NCBI GenBank assembly: GCA_043228905.1
Contig: JBHGNT010000014.1
Location: 13,454,001 to 13,518,000, forward strand
DNA: 64,000 nt
Reading direction: 5' to 3'
DNA from: Azolla caroliniana
Taxonomy: Eukaryota > Plantae > Polypodiophyta
Shown here: positions 24,850-37,605 of the stretch, piece by piece
How the letters are laid out: each line of letters starts with the position of its first letter
How positions within the stretch are numbered: position 1 is the stretch's first letter
Notes under the pieces: model-generated
Told to the model about the DNA's origin: nothing
Databases searched by the model: none
The model's input: only the letters and a program-made list of their open reading frames with translations
Position numbers and translations under genes: made by a program

Positions 24850-26744
24850 GCGTGTCTTCAAAGCACCTAGTAAATTTGCTGATTATGTAATGCTAACAGA
24901 TGCCGGTGAGCCTTCATGTTACAATGAAGCCATATTTGTTCACGATCATGCTAAGTGGAAACAAGCTATGCAAAATGAGTTGGATAGTATCCATAAGAAT
25001 GAAACTTGGGATTTAGTGCCTTTGCCAAAAGGTAGGAAAGCACTACCATGTAAATGGGTGTATAAATACAAATACACATCTGATTAAGTGTTCATCCCAA
25101 GTATAAAGCTCGCATTGTGGCAAAAGGTTTTAAACAAGAACAATGAGTCGATTTCGATGAAATCTTCTCTTCGGTAGTCAAGATGACTACGTTACGCATG
25201 ATGCTTGCATTGGTTGCTAAGAATTATCTTGATTTTTTTCAAATGGATGTAAAAACTGCATTTTTGCATGGAGATCTCGATGAAGAAATCTATATGGAGC
25301 AACCAAAGGGTTTTGAAGTTTATGGAAAAATGCCTTTGGTATGTAAACTTAAGAAAAGTTTATATGGTCTTTATGAGGTCCCAAAGTTATGCTAGGAGTA
25401 ATGAAGATTCATGCTTATATACGAAGAAATGTATAGATGACTCATATGTGATTTTGATACTCTATGTAGATGACATGCTCATCGCCGATAAAAACAAGGA
25501 TGAGTTGCCTAAACTAAAGAAAAATTTGAGTCAAACCTTCGATATGAAAGATTTGGGAAATGCTAAACACATCCTTGGAATGTGTATTACTCGAGATATG
25601 AGTGATGGATGTATTTATTTGTCTCAATCAGAGTATATATGCAAAATGCTCAAGAGGTTTAATATGGAGAATGCAAAGCCTTTGAGCACTCCATTATCTT
25701 TGCATGTTAAGTTGAGTAAAGATGAATGCCCCAATTCTAATCATGAAAAGGAATTCATGAGTAAAATTCCTTACCAGTATGTTGTTGGTAGTCTTATGTA
25801 CGTTGTGATAGCGACTAGGCTAGACATTGCATTTGCAGTGGGAGTTGTGAGTATATTTTTGTCAAACCCCGGTAAGAAACATTGGGAGGCAGTTAAAATG
25901 ATATTAAGATATCGGAGTGGCACTAAGAATAAATGTCTATGTTTAGGTGGCGGAAATGTATCCATTATAGGATATACATACTCTAATTATGTTGGCTATT
26001 CTGACAGTAGAAAATCCACTTCCGGTTATATTTTTCAATTTATGGGAGATGCCATATCTTGGAGATCTCATCTCCAAGAATGTACTACTTTGTCCACTAC
26101 AGAAGCAGAGTATGTTGCAACTAGCGAAGCATGTAAGGAAGTTGTATGGATGTCCAGATTAGCTTGTGACATGGGCATACCTAAACTTGTACCCATATTG
26201 TTTTGTGATAGTTAGAGTGCCATTGCATTGGCTAAAAACCTAGTATACCATGCAAAGACCAAGCACATTGGAGTGCGATATCACTTCATTCGAGAATGCA
26301 TAATTGCTAGCTACATCAGTCTTGAGAAAGTTGTCTCTCAAGAAAATGTCGCAGATGCATAGCTCTACCGCATGATGCGATAGAGCATTGTTGTCACTTG
26401 GTGGGAATTACTTAGGTTTTCAGGTTACACACAGTTTTTGTATATTGTGTAACATACTCATCAAGTAGGATGTGTAGGTCTTGTCCAATCTTCCCATCAA
26501 CTTTGTTGATCCCTTGTTTGGCCTTTAGTGGGAGATTGATAGATAGTGACAAAGGACAAAAAGGTAATTCTCACTATTTATCACTAAGGTATATAATTTA
26601 ATAGAAACTAGGGTTTTTTGTGTGCCCCCAAATAATTTTCTGTGTGTCTTTTCTCTTGTGTTGTCTTCTGTGTGGGTTGCTCTCTTGCTTTTTGTGTAGG
26701 AAACACAACATCTCGTTCATTCCCGTTGCTCCTCCAACACTCTT

Positions 26745-27700
26745 ACCCCCATCCTTAGAATCTTTATCTTCATCTTTATCTAGTAAATCTTCCTCCAACA
26801 CTTCTTTTTGAGATGCTACACTTCCCTTCTTAGAGAGGTCTTTCTGAATAGCTAGCCTCCACTTGAGGAGATGCTTGAAGTCTTGTTTTCTTAAAACCCG
26901 AAGATCTTTCACATAGCAATTTCACTTCATCTGTTGTAAGCTCATGATCTTTTATGGTGGCGCAACCAGGATTATTGAATCCTATTGAAGTAATCGTTCC
27001 CAATCATTCCAATGGCTTCTTAGTCCATATAAAATCTGAGGCTAAGGCTTCTTTTCGAAATGTCGTATTCCCTTCTTCATAGCCTTCGTTATGACACTTA
27101 TGCTTGGTGCCACTCAATACATCGACCACCTTCGGATGCTCCACAATTTCTTGAAAGAGATGTTTAACATCCAAGAGACGAGGATGAATTTTGGTAGGAG
27201 CACGATATCACAAACAGACCACATATATTTCAGCTGATGTGGATTGATTGGCTACAGGTTTTGTCACCTCTACTTTCTCAAAGAGCTGCTTGAATCCTTG
27301 AAAGCATACAACAAGGAATTATAATCTTGAGACCGAAACAACGTGATAATAAAAGCGCCTTTTGAGGCCATGAATCAGTAACAAGGCACAGGGGATCAAG
27401 CACAAGGGAGGCCTGAGAGGTGGCTTCCTTAGACCAAGCACCACCAACAGTGGGAGAACCATACTGCCCCCATCGTCTAAAGATGCATACTCAACTACTT
27501 CTAAATCCTTCTTTCCCTTCATAGATGTTAAAGAAAACAATCCCCCTTCTAAATAACCATCCTCCATGACATCAACTTGCATTATTGTTGCACTACAAGC
27601 TTTTGCCTTTCATTTTCGCTTTGTAACTATTTTCTCCTTTATCTTTTTCTTTGCATCCATAATGTCTTGAAGATCTCGACATATAAGAAACGCCATAGCC
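26745..27700 (-). pseudogene. SPB1: Fragments of pre-rRNA 2'-O-methyltransferase Spb1/FTSJ3, decayed and rearranged
   Basis: GSPTVGGAWSKEA, FRSQDYNSLLYA, FKQLFEKVEVTKP, SAEIYVVC, PRLLDVKHLF, DLRVLRKQDFKHLLKWR and MEDGY...LFSLTSMKGKKDL motifs. Confidence 0.85.
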
Positions 27701-28130
27701 AGACATACAGGTTATTCTTCGCAAGGCAAAAAGAGATCTTCTTCTTCTGTTTACAAAAAATTGACTTTTGAAATAGATTTAAATGGCTATATCCTATGTC
27801 CTTGAATTCTCTTTGTTCTGAATCAAGATGTTTGCCATGTCTTCACTTGATCATGAGAACCTTCAAATAAATCTCTGCATTTCTTTAATGCCATGACATT
27901 AGATTCAGGACAATCTTTTTCCTCACTCTCTCATATACTTCCGTCGCATGTAGTTCCTCGACTTCTTCTTCGAGGGGGTCGGTTGTAGGGTATGCCAAGT
28001 GTCGATGGGTGGGGAGTGGAGCCATTCTATTATCATTTATGCCTATGTTGGCGTTATATATGGAGTACATGAGGGTCACAATCCAAGAAAATATAAGGAG
28101 TCTGGAGACATGTAGGGTAGTTACATACCC

Positions 28131-28346
28131 TTCTAACAACTTACACCCACTTTACAACACTCTTTTATTTTTGCACACAAATGTGCATGTGTTTATGCAG
28201 ATATGAATATATTCATACTCACTTTTGTGTACACTTGCACATACACTTACAACATGACCTTTCATACAAAGACTTTACACTTATCTATCCACATACCATC
28301 ACACTTATAAACTCATTTATGTACAATCCTACGTATAACACATATG
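28131..28346 (+). repeat. CA-rich dispersed repeat, copy 2
   Basis: Matches 15113-15339. Confidence 0.85.
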
Positions 28347-29099
28347 AACATGTGTGAACCTCACTCATGGTAACAAAAGCAAGATACAATTTGAGCAAGA
28401 CTCAGCAACAACTCGGCAAGATGAATTAAAGGATGAAATTACCGTTATGCAATATTGACTCAACATCGGGGAACAAAAGATTCAGGCAATCTTAGGCAGA
28501 TACAAGCAAAAAATGCACCAAAAAATTATCGAGTCTTTGGAAAATGGATGGAAGATTTGGTCGACTCAAGCACCATAACTACAACTATTTCGAGCGGACC
28601 AAGAGAACAGGAAAAAGGAAGGCCACGGTTCATACAAGATGGATGAGACTAGCATGACAATCGTTCGGGATGAATTGTCGGAAGATTTCTACGAGTTGAC
28701 AACCTGACATACAACTGAGATAACCAAAATGCTCGAGGAATACGATGACAATCAATTACAACTAGCCCTTGAACTTGAGTCCTACGAAAAGAATCGACTT
28801 CAAGAGGACGGTAAATAAATGGAAACTGAAGTCGGAGAAGGGAGGACAAAGCAACAAGCAGAGGAAGATGATACCTTCGAAGAAGCCGAGCAGATAGGGC
28901 AGAAGTAGGAGCAAGCTGAGCAAGCACCAGATTAGGAGGATACTAAGGAAGAGCAGTCACACGATGAGCAATACAACGAGCCTAGGATAGAGCAAGTAGT
29001 ATAGTCAGAGGACCTACAACATACGGGCACAAAGGAAGATAATTGTTCAGAATCGACTTTGCAAGCCAAGCAACTACAAGAGACGGTAGATATCTCTTA

Positions 29100-29745
29100 T
29101 TTCACTAGATGCCACTATGGAATGTAAAGGTCCATGTAGCTCTTTCTCTCTCTTTCTGTAATTAGCTTACCCTAATGGTAAGTTGTTACACTATTAGCAC
29201 TATGTCTTGGGTTCAAAACCCAATTTCTCACCTCTCTATTACTCCATATATATATCTCTCAATTTTACTAGAGATGCCACTATGGAATGTAGGGGTTGAA
29301 CACATGACCACCTAATCTCCATTGGGCAACCTTACCAACTGAGCTACATCCATGTGGGCTCTCTCTCTCTCTCTCTCTCTGTAATTAGCTTACCTTAGTG
29401 GTAAGTTGTTACACTATTAACACTATGTCTTGGGTTCGAAACCCAATTTCTCACCTCTCTATTACTCCATATATATCTCTCAATTTTACTAGAGATGCCA
29501 TTGTGGAATGTAGGGGTTGAACCCATGACCACCTCGTCTCCACTCACTGGGCAACCTTACTAACTGAGCTACATCCATCTAGGCTCTCTTATTTTATCAT
29601 AATTACCTTACCCTAGTGGTAAGTTGTTAGCACTATAAGCATTGCGTTGTGGGTTCGAAACCCAACTTGCTCACATCTCTATTATATACTTCTTATATAT
29701 CTCTTAATTCACTAGATGCCATTGGGGAATGTAGGGGTTGAATTC
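29100..29745. repeat. Tandem array (~3 x 220 bp) of units with two convergent tRNA-like A/B-box modules (SINE-like)
   Basis: Plus strand CCCTAGTGGTAAG...GGGTTCGAAACCC and minus strand TAGCTCAGTTGGTAAG...GGTTCAACCCC; further copy at 40425-40592. Confidence 0.75.
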
Positions 29746-29989
29746 ATCTGGGCTCTCTCTCTCTCTCCAATCTCGTATTCTCTCCATGTGTGTGTGTGTG
29801 TGTGTGTGTGGAGGAGGGGGCATATTATGGAAATAAGGAGAAGTTAGGAGAGGGGCATTTTTGGGAATTTAATTATTATATCTGATACTTTATGGAGGGG
29901 CACGTTTGAATTTCCCCCATTTCTGCTCGACACTTTGAGGGGGGGGGGGGGGGGGCGACGACGCGTGACGCAGAGAAACAGGAGTCGCC

Positions 29990-30084
29990 ATGGCTGCGCA
30001 GCTCCCTTCCTCCGAGCCCCAGCTCAGAGCCCTGCTCTCCTCCGCCGTATCCTCCAGAGCTCATCACATCAGAAAAGATAAAGA
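29990..30084 (+). CDS. HIRIP3/Chz1-like histone chaperone, exon 1
   Basis: GCCATGG start context; MAAQLPSSEPQLRALLSSAVSSRAHHIRKDKE; phase-2 GT donor fits exon 2. Confidence 0.75.
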
Positions 30085-31654
30085 GTATGCGAAATTTCTC
30101 TCAGCTCCCTCCTTTCTTCGAACCCCTTCCTAAGAAGTTTGAGAAGAATTTGTGTCTTTTTTCTTTCTTTTTTTTTTCTTTCTTTTCTTTTCGAAGCATT
30201 CATGTTAATTAATATATGGAAAATTCTCAACTTTCTTCCTCTCTTTTTCGTTCTCCATTCTCTTTTCTTTCCATTTCTTTGCCTTTCCGTTTTTTGAATG
30301 TCACAGAAATCTGAGCATTTTGGAAAAGTGTTAATGCTTATCATGTTGAAATTCGTTCTTCTTTTGAAAGACTTGATGTTTAATATCTTGCAATATCCAA
30401 GATCCATATAAACGAAATTTGTGGCCCTAAATGCTGATCTGATTAGAAAGGTAAACAGTATGAAAGCTCTTTCTTTTCTTTTCTTTGGGATTCCTTCAAA
30501 ATTTGAGTTTTTTTGGTAGACTTCATTTTTAGTATGCTGAAATATATGTAATATGCTTTCATGAGACTATATCAATGATATATGCAATTTTTTTCTTCTT
30601 TTCTTTTCTTTCTTGTTTGTTTTCCTTGAATTCCCAAAAACTTTGAGACTTCAAGGATTGCATGTACAATCAGAACTTATTAACGTAAATGCAATTATAT
30701 TTCTTTTGGAATAAATTCATTCTTATCACACATTGCATTCAATTCTCTACTAGAGAAACAATATTTACTATGGGTTGAAATGGTGTTTCATATGGGGAGA
30801 ACCAATCCTTTCATATAGAAACAATGCTTTGAACTTTTTAGAAATTTGTTGATTACGAAATATTATCATCCTTCTCTTCATCTGAACTCGAAATTAGAAT
30901 TTGGCTTTAGCAAATCACGTACCTTGAACTTCTTTTTGCGTTTCTGTGGCATAGAACTGAACTTTAGTCCGAGTTTTTAAGATGGCTCAAATCTGGACAA
31001 GTATATCTGGTTTGAGTATGTATGGCATAGTGCAAGGATTGGCCTTCATTTTATCTGCTTATTAACATAAAAAGACTTCTGGATGTTTTCTTTGTTTTCT
31101 AATTTAGAGGAAACTGGTTTTTTATAGTGTGTGCCAGATTATATTGTTTAAAACAATGTTTCTACTTGCTAGTAATGATTTGGCTGTGTTTAAAGAATGG
31201 AAGGTCTAAATGTCTACAGTTTAAATGTTTTCTCCTAATAACCCTGAATACTATAAACTGTGCATAGAAAATTTTGAATCCCGACCATAACTATTAAAAT
31301 TGTGAGTGACCTTAATTCTACCCATGCTGTTTGGTCCATCGTTGGTCTAGCACAATGGGGTGAATAGTTATAAAATAGTGAGCTGATGTGATCCATGATT
31401 CTTAGATAGATTTCCAATTTTCATTTCGAACATGATTTCATTGGATTGTTTTTTATTTTCCATTTCATGTAAAATTTTCATTCCCTTCTATCTAATGTTT
31501 GATTCTGTTTTCAGTAGGATTTTCTATGTCATTATGTAAGTTGCCTAATTGAGTTTGTAGACTCTCCACTTTCTGATATGAAGGCCTTTGTCTTATCTAC
31601 CTACCCAAATAGATTCTGTTGATACATATTTAATTCAAGATATCTATTGACCAG

Positions 31655-31760
31655 GACTATCACGATGGCAAATGTACGGAGGCTGCTTGAAAATGACCTT
31701 GGCCTTGATAAGTTTGCACTTGATGCACATAAATTGATACTCAATCCACTTGTTGATGAG
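31655..31760 (+). CDS. HIRIP3/Chz1-like, exon 2 (DEK_C-like domain)
   Basis: AG/GT borders; TITMANVRRLLENDLGLDKFALDAHK. Confidence 0.88.
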
Positions 31761-31837
31761 GTGAGAGACATGCTACTTTATACGATTACAGGTGTCTCTC
31801 TTTATTTAACCGAAAAATGTCATTTCTGAAAGCACAG

Positions 31838-32167
31838 GTTCTTTTGGGTGCTGACAATGGAGCATCAGAAGAGGAGGAGAAGGAAGAGGACGATGGTGAG
31901 AATGCTAATGACGTTGATGAAACTCTAAAGGGAGCGTCATCTTCAAAAGCCATAAAGAAAGCTTCACATAAGAAGGCTAGAGCAGAGGAGTCATCTGAAG
32001 ATTTGAATTCACAGGAAGATTCACACATTGAGGCACCCAAGAAAAAGAAACAGAAGAAGACAAAGAAAGAGAAAGTTCAGAGTAAAGAGGCACATGGGCA
32101 TGATAGTGATAGCCATCCTGATGTCTCCGAGGATAGTGATGTGTCCGAAGTAAAAAAGCCAAAGAAG
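31838..32167 (+). CDS. HIRIP3/Chz1-like, exon 3 (acidic and Lys-rich)
   Basis: CAG/GT borders, 330 nt in frame. Confidence 0.85.
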
Positions 32168-32244
32168 GTGACAGATTCATCTCCTAAAAGTTAGGAAAAA
32201 AGAAAATATATTTTCTTCTCATGATCTGACATCAGTTACTTTAG

Positions 32245-32327
32245 GTTGCCAAGACTGAAATTGTGAAGACTACACAAGACAAGAAAATTGACCGTCTACG
32301 AAAAACTATCAAAGCATGTGGACTGGG
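32245..32327 (+). CDS. HIRIP3/Chz1-like, exon 4
   Basis: TAG/GT borders; KIDRLRKTIKACGL. Confidence 0.88.
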
Positions 32328-32407
32328 GTAAATGTGATGTTTCTTACAAACCTCTTTCTCGTAAGTATATGAGAGGAGAATTATCTAACGCCATAGCTTT
32401 TCTGTAG

Positions 32408-32532
32408 TGTTCCACCTTCCATATATAAGAAAGCAAAGCAGTTAGATGAAGATAAACAGAATAGTTTCATTATAAAAGAGTTGGAAGGGATTCTCAACCG
32501 GAAAGGCCTATCAGCAAATGCTACAGAAAAAG
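32408..32532 (+). CDS. HIRIP3/Chz1-like, exon 5
   Basis: TAG/GT borders; VPPSIYKKAKQ...IKELEGILNRKGLSAN. Confidence 0.88.
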
Positions 32533-34439
32533 GTGCTCTTTTCTCGATCATTCCATTTTAATTTCAAAGAATATTAGGCTGTTCAAACAATCAATGTGAT
32601 GAAACACTGCAAACTTTTTCTGGTCATCGTAAACACAAGGAATAAGTCTCAAAGAAGTGAAACTGGGTGTTTTGATGAGTTAACTATGCATGTGCATAGC
32701 CCACAGAAGAGGCCACACGTTTCATGCCAATGGCATGGTGCAATTCTCACCTTTATGAGGTATATTTATTGTATATAAGATACACGATTTCAAGTTGAAA
32801 TGCTGTATAAATGAGTACAAGGGAGAGCCCTATTAATAAACCCATAAAAACTGAAAGCCAGCTGGATTGATAATATTATTTTTAAGGATATGAAAAAAAT
32901 ATTGTTTTTAAGGATTTTGTCGCAGAATTTTATTTTGCATTTAGGCAATGAAGAGAGCTAGAATTGGCATCTTTAGCAAGTTTTATTTATAACAAGAATT
33001 AAAAAATGATTAACCATGGGAACAAAGGCCTTCTATTGCCCAGTTGGCTACATCAGAGAAAATCTAATTGGTGCTCAACACTATAATTCTAAATCTTGCA
33101 ATGCTAGGTATGTAGTTATGTTGCTAACTGACGACAAGCTGATAATGAATGACAAAGATTCTTGACTAGTGTCATCAGCCATGGCTGGTAGAGCTGTAAA
33201 AACTCCACAACATTAGGTATGGGTTCATTTGACAGAAGATCATAAGATGAAGAGCCTTGACTTATCTTCTTCGTTCAAATGGAAAGTTTACCAGATAATG
33301 ATCCACCGAAGGTTGAATACCTCAGTCCTCCAAAGCTACAAATGGTTTCTTCTGCATATGCACATACACACATACAGAGACAAAATAATGTCACCTACGG
33401 TGGTTTCTTGCACACATGCACACACACATGATACTTAATACTTAACGTCTTTTAAGAGGCCAAAATGTCCTAAGACCAAATAAGAGATTACATCTTAAGT
33501 GTTGTCTCGCCTTTGAGAACAACAAATCAAAATAAATAAATGTTACTAAGTGAAAAAAAGTAAATAAGATACAAAGAGACTAAAGAATCTTGTTATCGGC
33601 ACATGAAAGATTCTCAAATCAGATATATTGTACATTTTTTCTCCAAAAGATCTCTAGCATAGGTCGATCCAGAATGGAGAGGTCTCCAAAGTGAGGGAAG
33701 CACCTGCGATGGTGGGAGATAATAGCATTTCTCTGTCGATGACGGGGATGGTGAGATCATGGTTCATGAGGCCAAGGTCTACGTGCATGAAAAATTGCTA
33801 TTGCCCGATCTATTGTAACCCCTTTGTTATGTCCTGGTGGGAACCCATTTGTGTAGCCCGTGATTGACTTGTAGCATTAGTAGGAGTGATGGGACTAAAG
33901 AAAGTTGTGATTGGATTGTGTGGCTGTACTATTGTCCTTCAACAATTTTTCCATGTGTCTCTTGAGTTCTAGCAAGTAAAGTCCCAAGCACTGTTGGTCC
34001 GCAAAAGCCTTGTTTAAAGAGGCAATGGTATCTCCCTCTCATTTTATAAAAGACACTACAGTGATAAACGTAATGTTCTTCAGATTCCACTCCCTTAATG
34101 ACACAATTAGAAAATACTTTCTTCTAGAGGTATTCGTGCATATCTGCATACCTCAGTCTCTAGCTGATGTGATGAAGTTTGCAGCTGCCCTATCACTCTG
34201 TGCAGCACATGTGATAGATTTATGCCCATATAAGATGTTCTGATAATGAACCCATCCTCTGATGTGTGTAAATAGTGAGTCTTATAGCGGGCCATCTTCG
34301 CACCAAGTGATATTTTGGGGCTGATCCATGTTGTCTTGTTTTCCAAGTTAATAATATCAGTTTGGATCACTCTATTCTTTTCCACTTTGGTTAATGTTTA
34401 GATGGGGACAGTCCAAGCTATATTGGAACAGGGGTAGTG

Positions 34440-35650
34440 CTATTATGCTTATGCCATGTTACTCGAACCATTGCTGCATTTCAGCATACCAATAATGAAT
34501 GTCTCCATGTTCAGCAAGTTGTCTTGATGACATAAGTGCCAACCTTGAGTACCTTCCTTTAGGGAGCTGGCAAAGTCGTTGGATACAGGTCACCGATTAG
34601 AATATGCCTTGATGATTATAGGGGCTGCTCCCATCTCTGCCCTTGGTCCCCATGTGTATACTCCATAGAGAAGAGTTGATGTCACGAGTGTATCAAATGG
34701 CCATAGTTTAGTTCATGGCTCTTGGAACTGCAAATGTGCACATTGTCTTTTGAAGCCTCCATAAGGAGAACCTAAGTGTTAGTCCTAGGTATGCCTAGGA
34801 GCGTGTGTATTCCACCTTTTCCTCTCCTAAGAAGAATTCTGGTTCTGATCTTATTACCCATGCTTGAGTGGTGTTAAACACCATCCCTTTAATTTTATCC
34901 ATGTTAATCAATAAACATTTGTCCGTACAAAATAGTTTAAAGGCATTTAGATGTCTTTGTAATCCCTCCACAGAGTCAAAATCAGCACAATATCATCAGC
35001 ATATATTAATATAAGTGTATAGCTATACCCACTAGGCATGCTTCTGAACCCCTGAATCTTCCTATGTAATGTGATACCTCATCTATATGGAGACTGAAGA
35101 GAGTGGGCAATAGTGGGCAACCTTATTTTACTCTGATTGTGCTAGCCATTGCCTTTGACAAACCATTGGGAGACTGCACTTTTCTTGACATGGATTCATA
35201 TAGTGCATAAATTCCTCATTGCATATCTGTAGGGACACCAACGGCTTTGAGCCGTTGCATAAGCTGAGCACATGGCAAGTGTCAAAGGCTTTTCGGAAAT
35301 CGACAAAGCTGCAATACATCCTCATATTATTGGCTCTGCCCTCCTCAATATGGGCTTGGATGATCAATATGTCAATCAAAGTTGTGAACTGCTTCCGAAA
35401 GCCTGCCTGTCCAGCTGAATGGCAGCCACTTCGCTCTGCCCATATATGCAATTCTGACTCTAGAATCGAGCCATATAGTTTAGCCAAGTAATGGCCAATC
35501 ATGATTATCCTATAGTTGCTTGGCATCATGGGGTCTCTACTCTTGAGGATTGGCACAATGGTAATGTTCTGTCCATCCAGTAGGGAAACCTCACACATAG
35601 CTCTATTAAAGACATGTGCTAACAATGGGAGCAAGATGTCACGCGCATAG
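34440..35650 (-). mobile_element. RTE-clade LINE reverse-transcriptase relic in intron 5
   Basis: QAGFRK, FVDFRKAFD and YADD motifs with frameshifts; boundaries approximate. Confidence 0.8.
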
Positions 35651-35946
35651 ACATCTGGACGGCGCTTGGAAGATTGCAGTCCTTCAGAAAGTATCTTCTT
35701 AATGTTTCTAGAAACTACTACATCTATTTTTATGTACTATGATTGCCAATTTAAAAGGATTGTAGATTCAACTAATATATAACCTCTTAATTTTTCAATC
35801 AAGCGAAGTTGAAAGCAAGCATACTCCAATTTTGGAGAAATCATACATGGGCCAGCCAAAAGAATTGTGTTTTCAGTATCATTTTTGTTTTTAGCTATTA
35901 TACGGAAGGATGACAGAACTTCCAAGTCTTAATTTTCAACGGGAAT

Positions 35947-36472
35947 TAGCAATCGGCAATGGTTTGGTTTGAACTGAACCGAACTGTGAAACCACGGCTT
36001 AACCATTCAATGGTTTAAACAGTTCGATTTTGGTCCGGTTCAGTTTGAGTCTTTATCTGTTTAACGGTTTCCGATTAAAACGGTTTGAAACCATGGTTTT
36101 AATGGGCTGGCAGTTTAGGTTTGACACTTGATTATTTTCTTAAATATATATTTTAACAACCTTTTAACTTTTAAGCCTAATTTTGATATTTTAAGAAAAA
36201 TCTTTAAATTTTGAAAAATTAAAATTTGAAAATTTTGAACTTTGACCTAACTTGAAAACCAAAACCGAATTATGAAACCACTGTTTCAATGGTTTGAATA
36301 TCTTTAAATCCGTTTGGTTTGAGCTTGAATTTTTTGTAACGGTTCGGTTTGACCAGATTTGGTTTAAACAGTTTCATTCGGCTCGGTTTAAGTTTCCATT
36401 TTTTAAATGGTTCAGTTTTAAATGGTTTTAGTTTGACACTGTCGAACTGAACCGAACTATTGCCGATTATTA
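35947..36472. mobile_element. hAT-type MITE in intron 5
   Basis: TIRs TAGCAATCGGCAAT / ATTGCCGATTATTA; 8-bp TSD ACGGGAAT/ACAGGAAT; many (A)AACC(G) subterminal motifs. Confidence 0.82.
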
Positions 36473-37092
36473 ACAGGAATGAACAAATGGTCAACGAAGG
36501 ATGTAGTTACTAGCCTGCAGCACAAAATTAGGAACTTGATCAATATCCTCTAGAGTAATGTGGATTCTTCTCGCATGTAGGAAAGATTGCAAGCAGCACA
36601 TGCAATAATCTGTCACCTTATCAATAATAATAATAATATATTCAGAGAATTTCTCAATGAGCTTGTAAGTGTATTTTTTGTTTTTGGCCAAGTTTACTTG
36701 GATTGGGCTATTATTAGCTAAGAAATGGTTAAAACAAAATATCCTACTCAGTACGATAAAATGCATAGGCAATATTTAAGAAATTATCTCTTACAAATGC
36801 CGCATGATTCCCCGTGGCTGCTGAAGATTCTTTCATCAGTTATCATCATCATCATCATCATCAAAACTCTATTCTGAGATGCAAATTAGCAGTGACCAGC
36901 TTGATAGCTATGCTGCTATAAACAATCATTGTCTGTGTCATTTAATTTTTTTTGGAAAAAGCTTATGTTTGCCCTTCCCATGGAAGCATTTTGAATATTA
37001 TAATCTTTGTGATTCACTCATTCTCTTTTGAAGGGTATGGTTAGCATGTTGAAGTGAATTTTTTTAATGTAGTATGTGTGATGAACTCACAG

Positions 37093-37335
37093 AGATCAAA
37101 GCTGTTAAGAGGAAGATAGCAAGGGAGAAAGATTTAGAAGGCATTGAAATGACAAATATAATAACAGAACCAAGGGGCAGAAGAGCTGCATCTCAGCTAT
37201 TCTCTCCTGTATATAGGCCACCGAAGCCACCTATCAGGGAGCAAGAGAGTGAGAGTGAGAGTGAGAGAGAAAGTGAAAGTGGAAGTGAAAGTGAAGAGGA
37301 TGCAAAGAAAGAAGATGGTGCAGAATCCTTTGAAG
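37093..37335 (+). CDS. HIRIP3/Chz1-like, exon 6 (CHZ domain)
   Basis: CAG/GT borders; EIKAVKRKIAREKDLEGIEMTNIITEPRGRR; phase matches exon 5. Confidence 0.88.
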
Positions 37336-37417
37336 GTATCTTCAGTGTTATGTCTATGTTTATGTTAATTCTCTTTGAAGATTATATTTAACTTGAGCCT
37401 TCAATTCCACTTCGCAG

Positions 37418-37605
37418 ATGATAAGAAAAAACCTGATAATAACAAACAACCCAATGATGATAAAGTACCTGATGATGACAAAAAACCTGACGATAACAAA
37501 AAAACCGATGATGACAAAAACCCTGATGATGACAAAGAACCCGACGATGACAAAGAACCCGACGATGATAAAAAACCCATCAATGACAAGTGTGCTCCAG
37601 AGTAA
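37418..37605 (+). CDS. HIRIP3/Chz1-like, exon 7 (18-nt tandem PDDDKK/E repeats), probable stop
   Basis: CAG acceptor in the correct phase; the TAA overlaps a GTAAGT donor, so the true end is uncertain. Confidence 0.7.

Larger units (their letters stand above)
16989..26400 (+). pseudogene. Copia gag-PR-INT-RT-RH polyprotein, disrupted
   Basis: FDGSNFSLWK, CHKKGHLKKDC, WLLDFGAS, LVHMDVC, FIDD, QMDVKTAFL, LYVDDML and EAEYVA motifs. Confidence 0.9.
16299..26739 (+). mobile_element. Full-length but decayed Ty1/Copia (Tnt1-like) element with two nested insertions
   Basis: LTRs 16299-16517 and 26537-26739, TSD CTCTT on both sides, degenerate tRNA-iMet PBS (GTGCTATCAGAGC), PPT AGTGGGAGAT. Confidence 0.95.

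Noticed and set aside
28380-29095. Purine-rich coding-like stretch
   Set aside because: Broken frames with no motif I can assign; probably a decayed TE fragment
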